A DNA stretch of 44,081 bases from an uncultured bacterium. Its GTDB lineage: Bacteria > Bacillota_I > Bacilli_A > RF39 > UBA660. Location: the NCBI GenBank assembly GCA_949291455.1, contig CASEVQ010000006.1, positions 1-44,081 on the forward strand, read 5' to 3'. The notes beneath the pieces were generated by a model. The model ran no database searches, was not told the DNA's origin, and worked only from the letters and a program-made list of their open reading frames with translations. The translations under genes were made by a program, and so were the position numbers. Shown one piece after another: positions 1-10,359 of the stretch. The number at the start of each line of letters is the position of its first letter. Position 1 is the stretch's first letter.

Positions 1-357
<357 letters not shown>

Positions 358-427
358 TATTTGTTTATTTGATTAGATCATACACATTATCTAAGTTTTC
401 AGAGAACTATTGTTAATTGTTAGATTT

Positions 428-531
428 ATTGGTGACAATAGCTAAGAGGATACACCTGTTCCCATCCCGAACACAGAAGTTAAGCTCTTAAACGCCGACG
501 ATAGTGTATGCGAAAATAGGTAGTTGCCAAT
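428..531 (+). rRNA. rrf: 5S rRNA (short form)
   Basis: Contains CACCTGTTCCCATCCCGAACACAGAAGTTAAGC; terminal helix TTGGTG/TGCCAA; follows the 23S gene. Confidence 0.95.
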
Positions 532-643
532 ATTTTTTTTTGCGAAAAATTCATATATTAATGAATTTTTTTATTTTGAGTAAAATTTATATAATATTTT
601 AATAAATAGTTGAATTAAACAATTTAAATTTGCTATAATATTT

Positions 644-1108
644 TTGGTGATAAGGATGGAATATAAAATAACTACTAGAGATGAAAGAGAAACTATTCAA
701 ATTGCTCAAAATTTGGAATCAGAAAAATTTAAAAACATGATTATATGTTTAGATGGTGACTTAGGTAGTGGTAAAACAATTTTTACTAAAGGATTTGCTC
801 AAGCACTTGGTATTGATGAAAATATAACTTCACCAACTTTTAATATAATAAAGGAATATACTTCTGGAGAAATGCCATTGTATCACATGGATGTATATCG
901 TTTGGATGGAAAAATTGACGGTACTGGTATAGAAGATTATTTTAAAAAAAATGGTGTTGTTATTATAGAGTGGGCAGATACAATAAAAAAATATTTACCT
1001 GAAGAACGTTTGGATATAAAAATTAAAGTTATTGACGAAGATACAAGACTTTTTATTTTTACTCCTCATGGTAAAGTATACGAAGAAGTTTGTGATGCAG
1101 TATTATGA
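644..1108 (+). CDS. tsaE: tRNA t6A biosynthesis ATPase TsaE (probable start ATG 656)
   Basis: GDLGSGKT Walker A, SPTF, HMDVYRL and IEWA motifs; first gene of the tsaEB-rimI-tsaD cluster. Confidence 0.96.
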   Translation: MVIRMEYKITTRDERETIQIAQNLESEKFKNMIICLDGDLGSGKTIFTKGFAQALGIDENITSPTFNIIKEYTSGEMPLYHMDVYRLDGKIDGTGIEDYFKKNGVVIIEWADTIKKYLPEERLDIKIKVIDEDTRLFIFTPHGKVYEEVCDAVL

Positions 1109-1743
1109 AAATATTCTATCTAGATACTTCGTCAAATTTTTTATATACTGCTATTTTAGAAAATGAAGTAGTAATTGACGAAATTAAAGAAAAACTAGAG
1201 AAAGATTTGTCTAAATATACGCTATCAAAAATTAAGGAATTACTAGTAAAAAATAATATTTCTTTTGATAATATAGAAAAAATAATTGTTGTAAATGGTC
1301 CAGGTTCATTTACAGGAATTAGAATTGGTCTAACTATAGCTAAAACACTAGCCTGGGCAAAGAACATTCCAATTATTCAAATATCTAGCTTAGAAGCAAT
1401 GGCATTATCAAATAATATAGAAAATATAGATTATATTGTTCCAATAATCGATGCTAGACGTAATTTTGTATTTTCAACAATTTATGATAATAATAACAAG
1501 CAGTTTATACTTAAAGAACAATATATAAACTTAAATACATTATATGCAGTATTAGATAGCATTACTGGAAATATTTTGTTTGTAACAAATGATAACATTG
1601 AAACAAAATATAATAAGATAAATTATGAACCAAACATTTCTAGAATTGTTAAAGTAACAAAAAATAGATTAGAGATTAATCCACATAAAATTGATGCTAA
1701 TTATTTAAAATTAACGGAAGCTGAAGAAAAATATGATAATTGA
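1105..1743 (+). CDS. tsaB: tRNA t6A biosynthesis protein TsaB
   Basis: LDTS, GPGSFTGIRIG and IDARR motifs; ATGA overlap with tsaE. Confidence 0.96.
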   Translation: MKIFYLDTSSNFLYTAILENEVVIDEIKEKLEKDLSKYTLSKIKELLVKNNISFDNIEKIIVVNGPGSFTGIRIGLTIAKTLAWAKNIPIIQISSLEAMALSNNIENIDYIVPIIDARRNFVFSTIYDNNNKQFILKEQYINLNTLYAVLDSITGNILFVTNDNIETKYNKINYEPNISRIVKVTKNRLEINPHKIDANYLKLTEAEEKYDN

Positions 1744-2164
1744 TTTGACAATAAGTAATGTTGATTTAATAAATAGATTAGAAAAACAATTTCCTTATTT
1801 TTTTTTATCTAATAATGAAATAATTAAAGATTTAAATAATAATGTATTTAGTAAATACTTTATTTATGTTGAAGAAAGTAATATAATAGGATTTGTAAAT
1901 TATTTTGATATATACGATAGATTTGAAATTGTTAATATATTTGTAACTGAAACATATCGACATAAGAAAATTGGTTCTAAAATGCTTGAACATTTAATAA
2001 AATTAGGGGAAAAACAAAATATAAAAAATATCACTCTTGAAGTAAAAAAAGATAATATAGTAGCTATTAATTTATATAAAAAGTATAATTTTGAAATAGT
2101 AGCAATAAGAAAACTTTATTATCAAGGAATAGACGGATTATTAATGGAAAGAAAGATGATGTAA
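1733..2164 (+). CDS. rimI: RimI-like GNAT N-acetyltransferase
   Basis: V..YRHKKIGSK acetyl-CoA motif, TLEV..N..AINLYKK, RKLYY; canonical position between tsaB and tsaD. Confidence 0.88.
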   Translation: MIIDLTISNVDLINRLEKQFPYFFLSNNEIIKDLNNNVFSKYFIYVEESNIIGFVNYFDIYDRFEIVNIFVTETYRHKKIGSKMLEHLIKLGEKQNIKNITLEVKKDNIVAINLYKKYNFEIVAIRKLYYQGIDGLLMERKMM

Positions 2165-3166
2165 ATGAAAGATACTTACATATTAGCTATTGAAAGCAGT
2201 TGCGATGAAACCAGTTGCGCTATAGTAAAAAATGGTCAAGAAGATATTGCAACTGTTATACTGTCTCAAATTGATATACATACAAACTTTGGAGGTGTAG
2301 TGCCAGAAATTGCAAGTCGGCAACATATAAAAAATATAACGATAGTAATTGAAGATTGTTTGAAAAAAGCTAATATGAAAATTGAAGATATTGATGCGAT
2401 TGCCGTTACATATGGACCTGGTTTAGTTGGATCATTACTAGTAGGACTAGAAGCGGCTAAAACTTTATCATTAATTTATAATAAACCTTTAATTCCAGTA
2501 AATCATATAATTGGTCATATATATGCTAATAATATAGAGAAAAAAATGGAATATCCATTAATTGCATTAGTAATTAGTGGTGGACATACTGAATTGATTC
2601 TTATGAAAGATGAATATGAATTTGAAAAAATTGGTGGAACTCTAGATGATGCAGTTGGTGAAACCTATGATAAAGTAGCAAGGGTAATTGATGTTGGATA
2701 TCCAGGTGGACCAGTAATAGATAAGCTTTCAGCAAAAGGAAGCTATGAATATGATTTACCAATACCTTTAAATGATAACAGTTATAACTTTAGCTTTAGC
2801 GGCTTAAAAAGTGCTGTAATTAATTTAGCACATAAAATGAAACAAAGAAATGAAAAACTAAATAAAGAAAACTTAGCTAAATCATTTCAAGATGTCATAG
2901 TAGAATCTATTACAAAAAAGACAATTAAAGCATTAAAGGATAAAAATGTAAAAAGATTAATTTTAGCTGGTGGAGTAGCTGCTAATCAAGGTATTAGAAA
3001 TAAACTAGAAGAAATTTGTAAAAAAGAAAATATTGAGTATAATTTCCCTAATATTAAGTATTGTACAGATAATGCTACAATGATTGGAGCAGCAGCATAC
3101 TATGCATATAAGAAAGGAATAACAGCGACAATAGATTTAAATGCAGTTTCAAACGAAGAATTATAG
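2165..3166 (+). CDS. tsaD: tRNA t6A transferase TsaD
   Basis: IESSCDET, GGVVPEIASRQH, HIIGH, SGGHT, DDAVGE and CTDNA motifs. Confidence 0.98.
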   Translation: MKDTYILAIESSCDETSCAIVKNGQEDIATVILSQIDIHTNFGGVVPEIASRQHIKNITIVIEDCLKKANMKIEDIDAIAVTYGPGLVGSLLVGLEAAKTLSLIYNKPLIPVNHIIGHIYANNIEKKMEYPLIALVISGGHTELILMKDEYEFEKIGGTLDDAVGETYDKVARVIDVGYPGGPVIDKLSAKGSYEYDLPIPLNDNSYNFSFSGLKSAVINLAHKMKQRNEKLNKENLAKSFQDVIVESITKKTIKALKDKNVKRLILAGGVAANQGIRNKLEEICKKENIEYNFPNIKYCTDNATMIGAAAYYAYKKGITATIDLNAVSNEEL

Positions 3167-3177
3167 GAGGAATTTTT

Positions 3178-4239
3178 ATGAGTGAAAAGGAAAATTTAAA
3201 AAAAAGAATTAACATAAAAAATAAAAAAGATGCGATAAAAAAATTATCTCAGACTACTAAAAAAACAAAACAAAGTAAAAAAACACTTTCCAATAAAAAA
3301 GTAATCACTCATGAAAATAAAAAAACAAGTTCTAAAAGTATAAAAGACAAAAAAGAAAATATCATTTTACATAATACGGAAATTGATAAAAAAAATACTA
3401 ATAAAGAAAAAACAAATTCTAAAAAAGCAACTAAAAATAAAAAAGTAGAAAATTCAAAAAATAATATAAAGACAATTGTTAAAAAAGAAAACAATGAAAA
3501 TATAAAACAAAATAAAATAAAAAGAATTTCTAATAATTTAAGAAATAAATTAAAAGATAAAATTTTTGAAGAACTAAAAGATGAAGATTTAAAAAAATCA
3601 ACAAAAGATAATAAGAAAACAACAAAAAAGTCAAAACTAATAATATTTTTATTTATCTGCATAGTAATTATTGGCATTGTTATATTTGTTAAAAAAAATA
3701 ATATAATTGATGAAGAATTAAAAAAATACAAAGAATTCTCAATTGGTGAAAAAGTAATACTTTCTGATAATTCTATTTGGTATGTAATAGAAAACAGTAG
3801 CAGTAATACAAAGACTGTAAAACTTTTAAAAGAAAATCAAATAGATATAAATAACGATGGCAAATTTGATAATAATGACAAGACGAAATTCTATAATAAA
3901 AATGAGTATTTATTTGATTCAAGTGATAAAGCAAGTATAGCTTATTATCTTAATAATGAATACAAAAAATCAGTAAGTGAAAAAATAGTTGGTATTGAAT
4001 CAGTATCGTTATTAACATCGAAAGAATATGTAAATATACGAGAAAAGATGGGATATGATTATGAATGGACAACAGGAAATTGGTTGGCTAACGAGTCACT
4101 AGGCACTTGGTGGTTAGATTCATCTCAAAATGGAAAAATATATGTTGTAAATATAATAGGAAGCTATAAACTTTCTAATGCAACAGAAGTAAATTATGTA
4201 AGACCAGTTATTACTGTTAATAAAGATAGTTTAGAATAA
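3178..4239 (+). CDS. Membrane-anchored hypothetical protein (Lys-rich N-terminus, one TM, extracellular DUF6273-like domain)
   Basis: About 150 aa K/N-rich region, hydrophobic LIIFLFICIVIIGIVIFV, C-terminal WWL...VRPVI pattern; AGGAGG RBS. The domain call is tentative. Confidence 0.7.
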   Translation: MSEKENLKKRINIKNKKDAIKKLSQTTKKTKQSKKTLSNKKVITHENKKTSSKSIKDKKENIILHNTEIDKKNTNKEKTNSKKATKNKKVENSKNNIKTIVKKENNENIKQNKIKRISNNLRNKLKDKIFEELKDEDLKKSTKDNKKTTKKSKLIIFLFICIVIIGIVIFVKKNNIIDEELKKYKEFSIGEKVILSDNSIWYVIENSSSNTKTVKLLKENQIDINNDGKFDNNDKTKFYNKNEYLFDSSDKASIAYYLNNEYKKSVSEKIVGIESVSLLTSKEYVNIREKMGYDYEWTTGNWLANESLGTWWLDSSQNGKIYVVNIIGSYKLSNATEVNYVRPVITVNKDSLE

Positions 4240-4267
4240 AAGAGCTTTAATGATTTAAAGCTCTTTT
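4238..4267. terminator. Bidirectional intrinsic terminator
   Basis: Perfect 13-bp inverted repeat AAAAGAGCTTTAA-TGAT-TTAAAGCTCTTTT between convergent genes. Confidence 0.85.
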
Positions 4268-5237
4268 AAAATTTAAATTTTGGTTTTTTATTTTTTATTT
4301 TCCAGTTTAAACCTGTGGAATAAGATAAATTAAATTTAGATATGTCTATTTGTTTATTCTTTTCAAAATATAAAAAAACATCATAAATTAAATTGCAACA
4401 TTTTTCTACTGCAACATTATATAATTCATCAAAAGAAAAATTATATTTTTTATTAGTATCGTATGGATATAGCCAACTTTTCTTAGAATTATTTAAATAG
4501 TAATCAGGATTTTTATAACTGTAAGAATATGATAAAAATTTAGAATTTAATATTGTTTTAGGACTTAAAACATCAAAAAATTTGTAACATAATATTTTAT
4601 AACCATATGGATCATGTCTTAAATATTTAAATGAAAGTTTCATATCATAAATACTTTTTAGATAGTCTTTTGTAAAATTTTTATAATTAAAAACCTCTAA
4701 AAAAGTTTTATCCATAACTACTTGTAATTGATTTGAAAAATTTCTAATTTTAAAAACTTCGCTGTAAACCTTATATTTTTTGTTATTAAATCCCTTTTTA
4801 TTTAACATATAAATATCTAAAAAAGTTTCCATTTCATGATGCTTTGCATTATACTTAAAAGTTTCTTTTCTTTTTTTATCAAATATCCCACAATTATATT
4901 CAACATATGGATGAATGGTAGAATCTAAGATATAATGTGTAATTAATCCATATACAAAAGTCATAACAATAATATTTTTTTCTAGACCATAATCTTTAAT
5001 ATTTTTTAATAAAACATCGAAAAACATATCACATTTATTATGATGAAAAAATCCGGCAAAATCACGTTTATTCTTGCTTTTTTTTGTTATCGGAAAATAA
5101 ATATTAAAAAAGTTAAAAGGATCCATACTCTGTGCAAATATAGACAAATAATTACTATCAAAACTAATATTTTTTTCTTTTTTCAATTTATGCATAACAT
5201 CGTTAGCAAAGAAAAAATGCGTAACAGTTCCTGCCAT
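4266..5237 (-). CDS. Zinc-dependent phospholipase C family protein
   Basis: N-terminal THFFFA, GLITHYILDSTIHPYV and HHEMETFLD motifs typical of the Zn_dep_PLPC family. Confidence 0.8.
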   Translation of the reverse strand: MAGTVTHFFFANDVMHKLKKEKNISFDSNYLSIFAQSMDPFNFFNIYFPITKKSKNKRDFAGFFHHNKCDMFFDVLLKNIKDYGLEKNIIVMTFVYGLITHYILDSTIHPYVEYNCGIFDKKRKETFKYNAKHHEMETFLDIYMLNKKGFNNKKYKVYSEVFKIRNFSNQLQVVMDKTFLEVFNYKNFTKDYLKSIYDMKLSFKYLRHDPYGYKILCYKFFDVLSPKTILNSKFLSYSYSYKNPDYYLNNSKKSWLYPYDTNKKYNFSFDELYNVAVEKCCNLIYDVFLYFEKNKQIDISKFNLSYSTGLNWKIKNKKPKFKF

Positions 5238-5331
5238 ATTTACACCTCTTTCACAAAATTATATCATACTTTTCACTAGATTTTCATGTTATTATATTAA
5301 TATATGTGATATACTTATTTATGGTGATACT

Positions 5332-6270
5332 ATGAAAGATAAGCAGTTCAAGAATTTAGATGAACAAGTAGAAATATTTAAGTATAAGGGGTTAATAATA
5401 AATGATGAAAAATACGCTAAGGAAGTGTTACTAAGAGAAAATTATTTTTTCTTAAGTGGATACAGGCATTTATTTATGAATCCAGAAAATCCTAAATTTT
5501 ATTTAGAAGGTACAACTTTTGAAGAACTTTATAGCCTATTTCTTTTTGATAGACAATTTAGGAATATTATATTTAAAAATCTGTTGATAGTTGAAAACAA
5601 TGCAAAATCTATTTTTTCTTATCAGCTTTCTAAGAAATATGGATATAAAGAAAATGATTATTTAAAACCGAGTAATTTTGATATGTCACCAGATAAAAGT
5701 AGGCAAGTAAATGATTTAATTAAAAAGATGAAAAGACAAGTTAGAGTAAATGGATCACAACATACTGCTACAGCTCATTATATAAGTAATTATGGATATA
5801 TTCCTTTATGGGTTTTAGTAAAAGTTTTATCTTTTGGTATTATTAGTGAGTTTTATTCCATATTAAAAATGGATGATAGGGTTTCTATTGCTAAAATTTA
5901 TAATATAAATGTAGAAGATTTAACTAATTATTTATCTTTACTTGCAAATTATAGGAATGTATGTGCACACGAAGATATTCTTTACGAAAATAAAACACAA
6001 AGGGAAATTAATAATACTGTTTATCATGCTTTATTGGGAATAAAAAAAGTAGATAATGAATATGTACAAGGAAAAAATGATTTATTTGCTTTATTAATAA
6101 TATTAAGACAATTACTTAGAAATGAAGATGTAAAAAATTTAATATTAGAAATTGATAGGGCACTTGAAAATTTAAAACTTAATTTGCACACGATTCCTAT
6201 AGAAAAAGTATTGGATAGAATGGGATTTCCTTATAATTGGAAGGAAATTGCTAATATAGAAAAGAGGTAA
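5332..6270 (+). CDS. Abi family (Abi_2, AbiD/AbiF-like HEPN) protein
   Basis: FKNLDEQV, NYFFLSGY, LFLFDRQFR, IPLWVLV..LSFG and the HEPN motif RNVCAH. Confidence 0.88.
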   Translation: MKDKQFKNLDEQVEIFKYKGLIINDEKYAKEVLLRENYFFLSGYRHLFMNPENPKFYLEGTTFEELYSLFLFDRQFRNIIFKNLLIVENNAKSIFSYQLSKKYGYKENDYLKPSNFDMSPDKSRQVNDLIKKMKRQVRVNGSQHTATAHYISNYGYIPLWVLVKVLSFGIISEFYSILKMDDRVSIAKIYNINVEDLTNYLSLLANYRNVCAHEDILYENKTQREINNTVYHALLGIKKVDNEYVQGKNDLFALLIILRQLLRNEDVKNLILEIDRALENLKLNLHTIPIEKVLDRMGFPYNWKEIANIEKR

Positions 6271-6276
6271 TGTTAT

Positions 6277-7392
6277 TTGAAAAATAAAATATTAATTTTT
6301 ATAATTGTTTTTGTAGCATTTATATCTGGTGGTGGAATGATGTATCTTTTTGTAGGAGATCCTTTTACCACAACTAATAATTCGTCAAATGCTAGTACTA
6401 ATTACAATAGCTGTAGTAATTGTATGAGTGGAACAATGGTTGTTAACAATGGTGGTATAACTCAATCTGTTAATAAGGTTTATGATGCTGTTGTAATGGT
6501 AAAAAACTATCAAAAAAACACATTAGCAGGTTCTGGTAGTGGTTTTGTTTATAAAAAGGATGATAAATACGGTTATATAATGACTAACCAACACGTAGTA
6601 GAAGATGCTACTGCAGTAAAAGTAACTTTGGCTAGCGGTGAAACGATTGATGCAGATTTATTAGGTGGAGATGAATATTTAGATATAGCAATTGTAAGAA
6701 TTCCTGTATCGAAAGTTATTTCTGTAGCAACTATCGGAACAACAGAAAATTTAAGTTTAGGTGATACTGTATTTACAATTGGTACTCCTGTTGGAGAGAA
6801 CTATTTTAATTCTGTAACTGGCGGATATATATCAGGATTAGACAGAAAAGTAACTGTTAGTGTTCAAGCAAATTCTGATTGGGTACAAGAAGTAATTCAA
6901 ATTGATGCAGCAATAAATCCTGGAAATAGTGGAGGACCACTTGTTAATTTTAACGGAGAAGTAATTGGAGTAACATCGCTTAAATTAGTAGATTCGACAA
7001 TTGAAGGTATGGGATTTGCTATTAAAATTGAAGATGCAATGAAGCATGTAGAAGATTTAGAAAATGGTAAAAAGATTGAAAGACCATTATTAGGCATAAC
7101 TCACATAAATGCTACTGAAACATATACATTAAGACAATATGGAATATCACTTGATTCTGATATAACATCTGGAATAGTTGTATTATCTGTCGAAGAAGGC
7201 TCAGCTGCTGATAAAGCTGGATTGAAGAAAGGTGATGTAGTAATTGGTTTAAATAATGATGAAGTAACTAATACAGCATATCTAAAGTATTTATTATATA
7301 AATATAGTGTTGGTGATGAAATTAAAATTACTTATATAAGAGATAATGAAACAAAAACAGCAACCGTGACATTGACAGACGTAGCAGATTAG
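6277..7392 (+). CDS. htrA: HtrA/DegP serine protease with PDZ domain
   Basis: GSGSGFVY, TNQHVV, DIAIV, DAAINPGNSGGPL; N-terminal TM; C-terminal PDZ. Confidence 0.95.
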   Translation: MKNKILIFIIVFVAFISGGGMMYLFVGDPFTTTNNSSNASTNYNSCSNCMSGTMVVNNGGITQSVNKVYDAVVMVKNYQKNTLAGSGSGFVYKKDDKYGYIMTNQHVVEDATAVKVTLASGETIDADLLGGDEYLDIAIVRIPVSKVISVATIGTTENLSLGDTVFTIGTPVGENYFNSVTGGYISGLDRKVTVSVQANSDWVQEVIQIDAAINPGNSGGPLVNFNGEVIGVTSLKLVDSTIEGMGFAIKIEDAMKHVEDLENGKKIERPLLGITHINATETYTLRQYGISLDSDITSGIVVLSVEEGSAADKAGLKKGDVVIGLNNDEVTNTAYLKYLLYKYSVGDEIKITYIRDNETKTATVTLTDVAD

Positions 7393-7434
7393 TTATATTA
7401 TATAGTTAAACTTCAATAGAAAAGATGTGAACAT

Positions 7435-9078
7435 ATGAAACTTAAAAAGAATTCATTTATCCAAGGAGCATTTATTGCAACACTTGGAATAGTTATCAGT
7501 AAAATATTAGGAATTATTTACGTAATTCCTTTTTATGCTATTATAGGTGATCAAGGTGGAGCGTTATATGGTTATGCTTATAATATTTATTCAATATTTT
7601 TAGGGATATCACAAGCAGGATTACCACTTGCTATGAGTAAGTTAATAAGTGAATATAATACTCTAGGTTATTATGAAACAAAAGAAAAAATATATAAAGT
7701 TGGGAAAACTTTTTTAAATATTTTAGGTGTAATATGCTTTTTGATATTGTTTATCTTTGCACCACAAATTGCCGATTTGATAATTGGCGGCGTTACTGAT
7801 GGAAACTCACCAGAAGATATTGTTTTTGTTATAAGAATAATTTCAACAGCCATATTAGTTGTTCCAATTTTAAGCGTTTCTAGAGGATACTTGCAAGGGC
7901 ACAAGTTTATAACGCCTACTCCTGTAAGCCAAATAATTGAACAGGTAGTAAGAGTATTAATAATAGTAATAGGTAGCTATTTAATGTTAAGAGTTTTTAA
8001 TTTTCCACTTAGAACAGCAGTTGGATGTGCTGTATTTGCAGCTACTGTTGGAGCAATATGTTCATATCTATATATATATGTAAAAATTAAGAAAAATAAA
8101 GAACAATTTAATGTAAAAAGTATAAAAAAAGAACCAAATTTAAGTACAAAAAAAATATTAAAAATGTTAATAATCTATGCTATTCCTTTTGTAATGATTG
8201 ACTTATTTCGTTCTATTTATAATTCAGTTGACGTTATAACTCTTGTAAAATCATTAGTAAATAATTTTGGGTATCTTACAAAAGATGCAGAAACAGTAAT
8301 GAGTGTTATTTCAACATGGGGATTAAAATTAAATATGATAATAATATCAGTTGTATCAGGTATAATGACAAGTTTGATTCCAAATCTTACGAGTAGTTTT
8401 GTAAGTGGAGATATGAAAGATGTTAATAAAAAAATAAACCAAACTTTACAGATAATTCTTTGTATATCACTGCCTATGACAATTGGACTAAGTTTTATCA
8501 CAACTCCAGTATGGAATGTATTTTATGGAATGTCAACCTATGGTGAAATAACGTATAGATATCTTGTTTTTGTTGCATTTGCTACTACTTTATTTACAGC
8601 AACCACTACAACAATGCAATTATTAAAAGAATATAAAATGGTATTTTTTACTCTTATAGTAGGTCTTCTTATAAAAAGTACTTTAAATATTCCGTTGATG
8701 TATTTATTTAATAATCTAGGAATTTATCCATTTTATGGTGCAATAACAGCAACAATATTGGGATTTGTGACTTCAGCAATAATATCTACAATACATATAA
8801 AAAGAAAATTTAATATAAATTATAAAACAACTATATCAGAAGCTAAAAATATAATAATTGCTGTAACTTTAATGTTAGCAGTAATGTTTGCAACAACATA
8901 CATAATTCCATTAAAAGTAGAAGGAAGACTATTATCATTTGTTATTGCAGTAATATATGCTCTAATAGGAGGATCTGTATATCTTATATACACATATAAA
9001 ACTAAAATTTTAGAGAATGTTTTTGGGAAAAAGTTCTTAAATAAAATTACTAGTAAATTAAAAATAGTAAAACAATAA
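7435..9078 (+). CDS. MOP-superfamily flippase (MurJ/YtgP-like polysaccharide biosynthesis protein)
   Basis: SKILGIIYVIPF, GLPLAMSKLISEY, RGYLQG, SQIIEQVVRV; many TM helices; next to FemAB genes. Confidence 0.9.
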   Translation: MKLKKNSFIQGAFIATLGIVISKILGIIYVIPFYAIIGDQGGALYGYAYNIYSIFLGISQAGLPLAMSKLISEYNTLGYYETKEKIYKVGKTFLNILGVICFLILFIFAPQIADLIIGGVTDGNSPEDIVFVIRIISTAILVVPILSVSRGYLQGHKFITPTPVSQIIEQVVRVLIIVIGSYLMLRVFNFPLRTAVGCAVFAATVGAICSYLYIYVKIKKNKEQFNVKSIKKEPNLSTKKILKMLIIYAIPFVMIDLFRSIYNSVDVITLVKSLVNNFGYLTKDAETVMSVISTWGLKLNMIIISVVSGIMTSLIPNLTSSFVSGDMKDVNKKINQTLQIILCISLPMTIGLSFITTPVWNVFYGMSTYGEITYRYLVFVAFATTLFTATTTTMQLLKEYKMVFFTLIVGLLIKSTLNIPLMYLFNNLGIYPFYGAITATILGFVTSAIISTIHIKRKFNINYKTTISEAKNIIIAVTLMLAVMFATTYIIPLKVEGRLLSFVIAVIYALIGGSVYLIYTYKTKILENVFGKKFLNKITSKLKIVKQ

Positions 9079-9090
9079 GGAGAGCAAAAT

Positions 9091-10356
9091 ATGAAATTTA
9101 AAGTAATTACTGAAAACGAATTTAGTGAATTTTCAAGTAAGCATGAATATGAAAGCTTTATGCAAACAGTAGAACTTGGAAACTTAAAAAAAGAGTTAGG
9201 TAATGTAGTTTATTATGTAGGTGTGTCAAAAAGTAATAAAATTGTAGCAGCAACACTATTATTGGAAGAAAAAACTATATTTGACAAAAAAACGTTTTAT
9301 GCACCACGAGGCTTTTTAATTGATTATAATGATATAGAAGTTTTAAGTTTTTTTACTTCAGAATTAAAAAAATTTATTAAAGAAAAAAAAGGATTCATGC
9401 TAACAATTGATCCTAATGTAATATACAGAGTAAGAACAAGTGATGGTGAACTTATCGATAATGATAAAGTTAAAAATGATTTAGCAATAAGTAATTTAAA
9501 ATCTCTTGGTTATAAACATTTTGGTTTTAATAAGTATTTGGAAACAATTCAAGTTCGTTGGGGTTATAGATTACAACTAGATAAACCATACGAAGAAATT
9601 AAAGAGCATTTTTCTAAAAGTACTAGAAAAAATATTGATTCTTGTTATAAGAAAGGTTTACTTGTTAGAAAAGGAAAAATAGAAGATTTGCCAACAATGG
9701 AAGCAATCTTTGAAAGTACTTCTAGAAGAAAAGATTTTTTCTTTCGAAGTTTAGAATATTATCAAAAAATGTACAAACATATGAAAAATTTAATGACAAT
9801 TTATATTGCTTATTTAGATTCCAACGTATATTTGGAAAATACAAAGAAACTATTAGAAGAAGAAAAACAAAAAAATATAGAAATTGATAAAAAAATTAAA
9901 TCTAATTGTGTGGGAACAAAATTATTAACTCAAAAAGAAACTTCAGATAAACTGTTATTAAAGTATGAAGAAGAATTAGTTAAAGCTAAAGAATTTAAAA
10001 AAGATTATCCAAATGGTAAAGATATAGCTGTTTTATTATCAATGAAATCAGGCAATGAATACTTGACTTTGTCTAGTGGAACATTAGAAGAATATAAAAA
10101 TTTTACTCCAAAGTATGCTTTATATGACTATCATATAAAAGATGCTTATAAAATGGGGTATAAATATGTAAACTTTTATGGAATAACAGGCGACTTTGAA
10201 AAAGGAAATAAATATTATGGTATTTATGAATTTAAAAAAGGATTTAATGGCAATGTTATTGAATTAATAGGACAATTTTCATTAAAAATAACTAATTTCT
10301 ATGATGTTTACATGACAATGAAAAAAATAAAAAATAAGATAAAAAAAAGAAAGTAA
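9091..10356 (+). CDS. FemAB/MurM family peptidoglycan interpeptide-bridge transferase
   Basis: FMQT, YAPRGFLIDY, IDP, coiled-coil insert, NFYGITG, YEFKKGFNG. Confidence 0.92.
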   Translation: MKFKVITENEFSEFSSKHEYESFMQTVELGNLKKELGNVVYYVGVSKSNKIVAATLLLEEKTIFDKKTFYAPRGFLIDYNDIEVLSFFTSELKKFIKEKKGFMLTIDPNVIYRVRTSDGELIDNDKVKNDLAISNLKSLGYKHFGFNKYLETIQVRWGYRLQLDKPYEEIKEHFSKSTRKNIDSCYKKGLLVRKGKIEDLPTMEAIFESTSRRKDFFFRSLEYYQKMYKHMKNLMTIYIAYLDSNVYLENTKKLLEEEKQKNIEIDKKIKSNCVGTKLLTQKETSDKLLLKYEEELVKAKEFKKDYPNGKDIAVLLSMKSGNEYLTLSSGTLEEYKNFTPKYALYDYHIKDAYKMGYKYVNFYGITGDFEKGNKYYGIYEFKKGFNGNVIELIGQFSLKITNFYDVYMTMKKIKNKIKKRK

Positions 10357-10359
10357 TGA

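Noticed and set aside
3309-3731. Hydrophobic minus-strand ORF and similar short antisense ORFs (1116, 6897, 7671, 8217, 11108, 15340, 17146, 18750, 23399, 32286, 36906, 38205, 39936)
   Set aside because: They are shadow frames of well-supported genes; the Phe/Leu/Ile richness reflects A-rich codons on the opposite strand.
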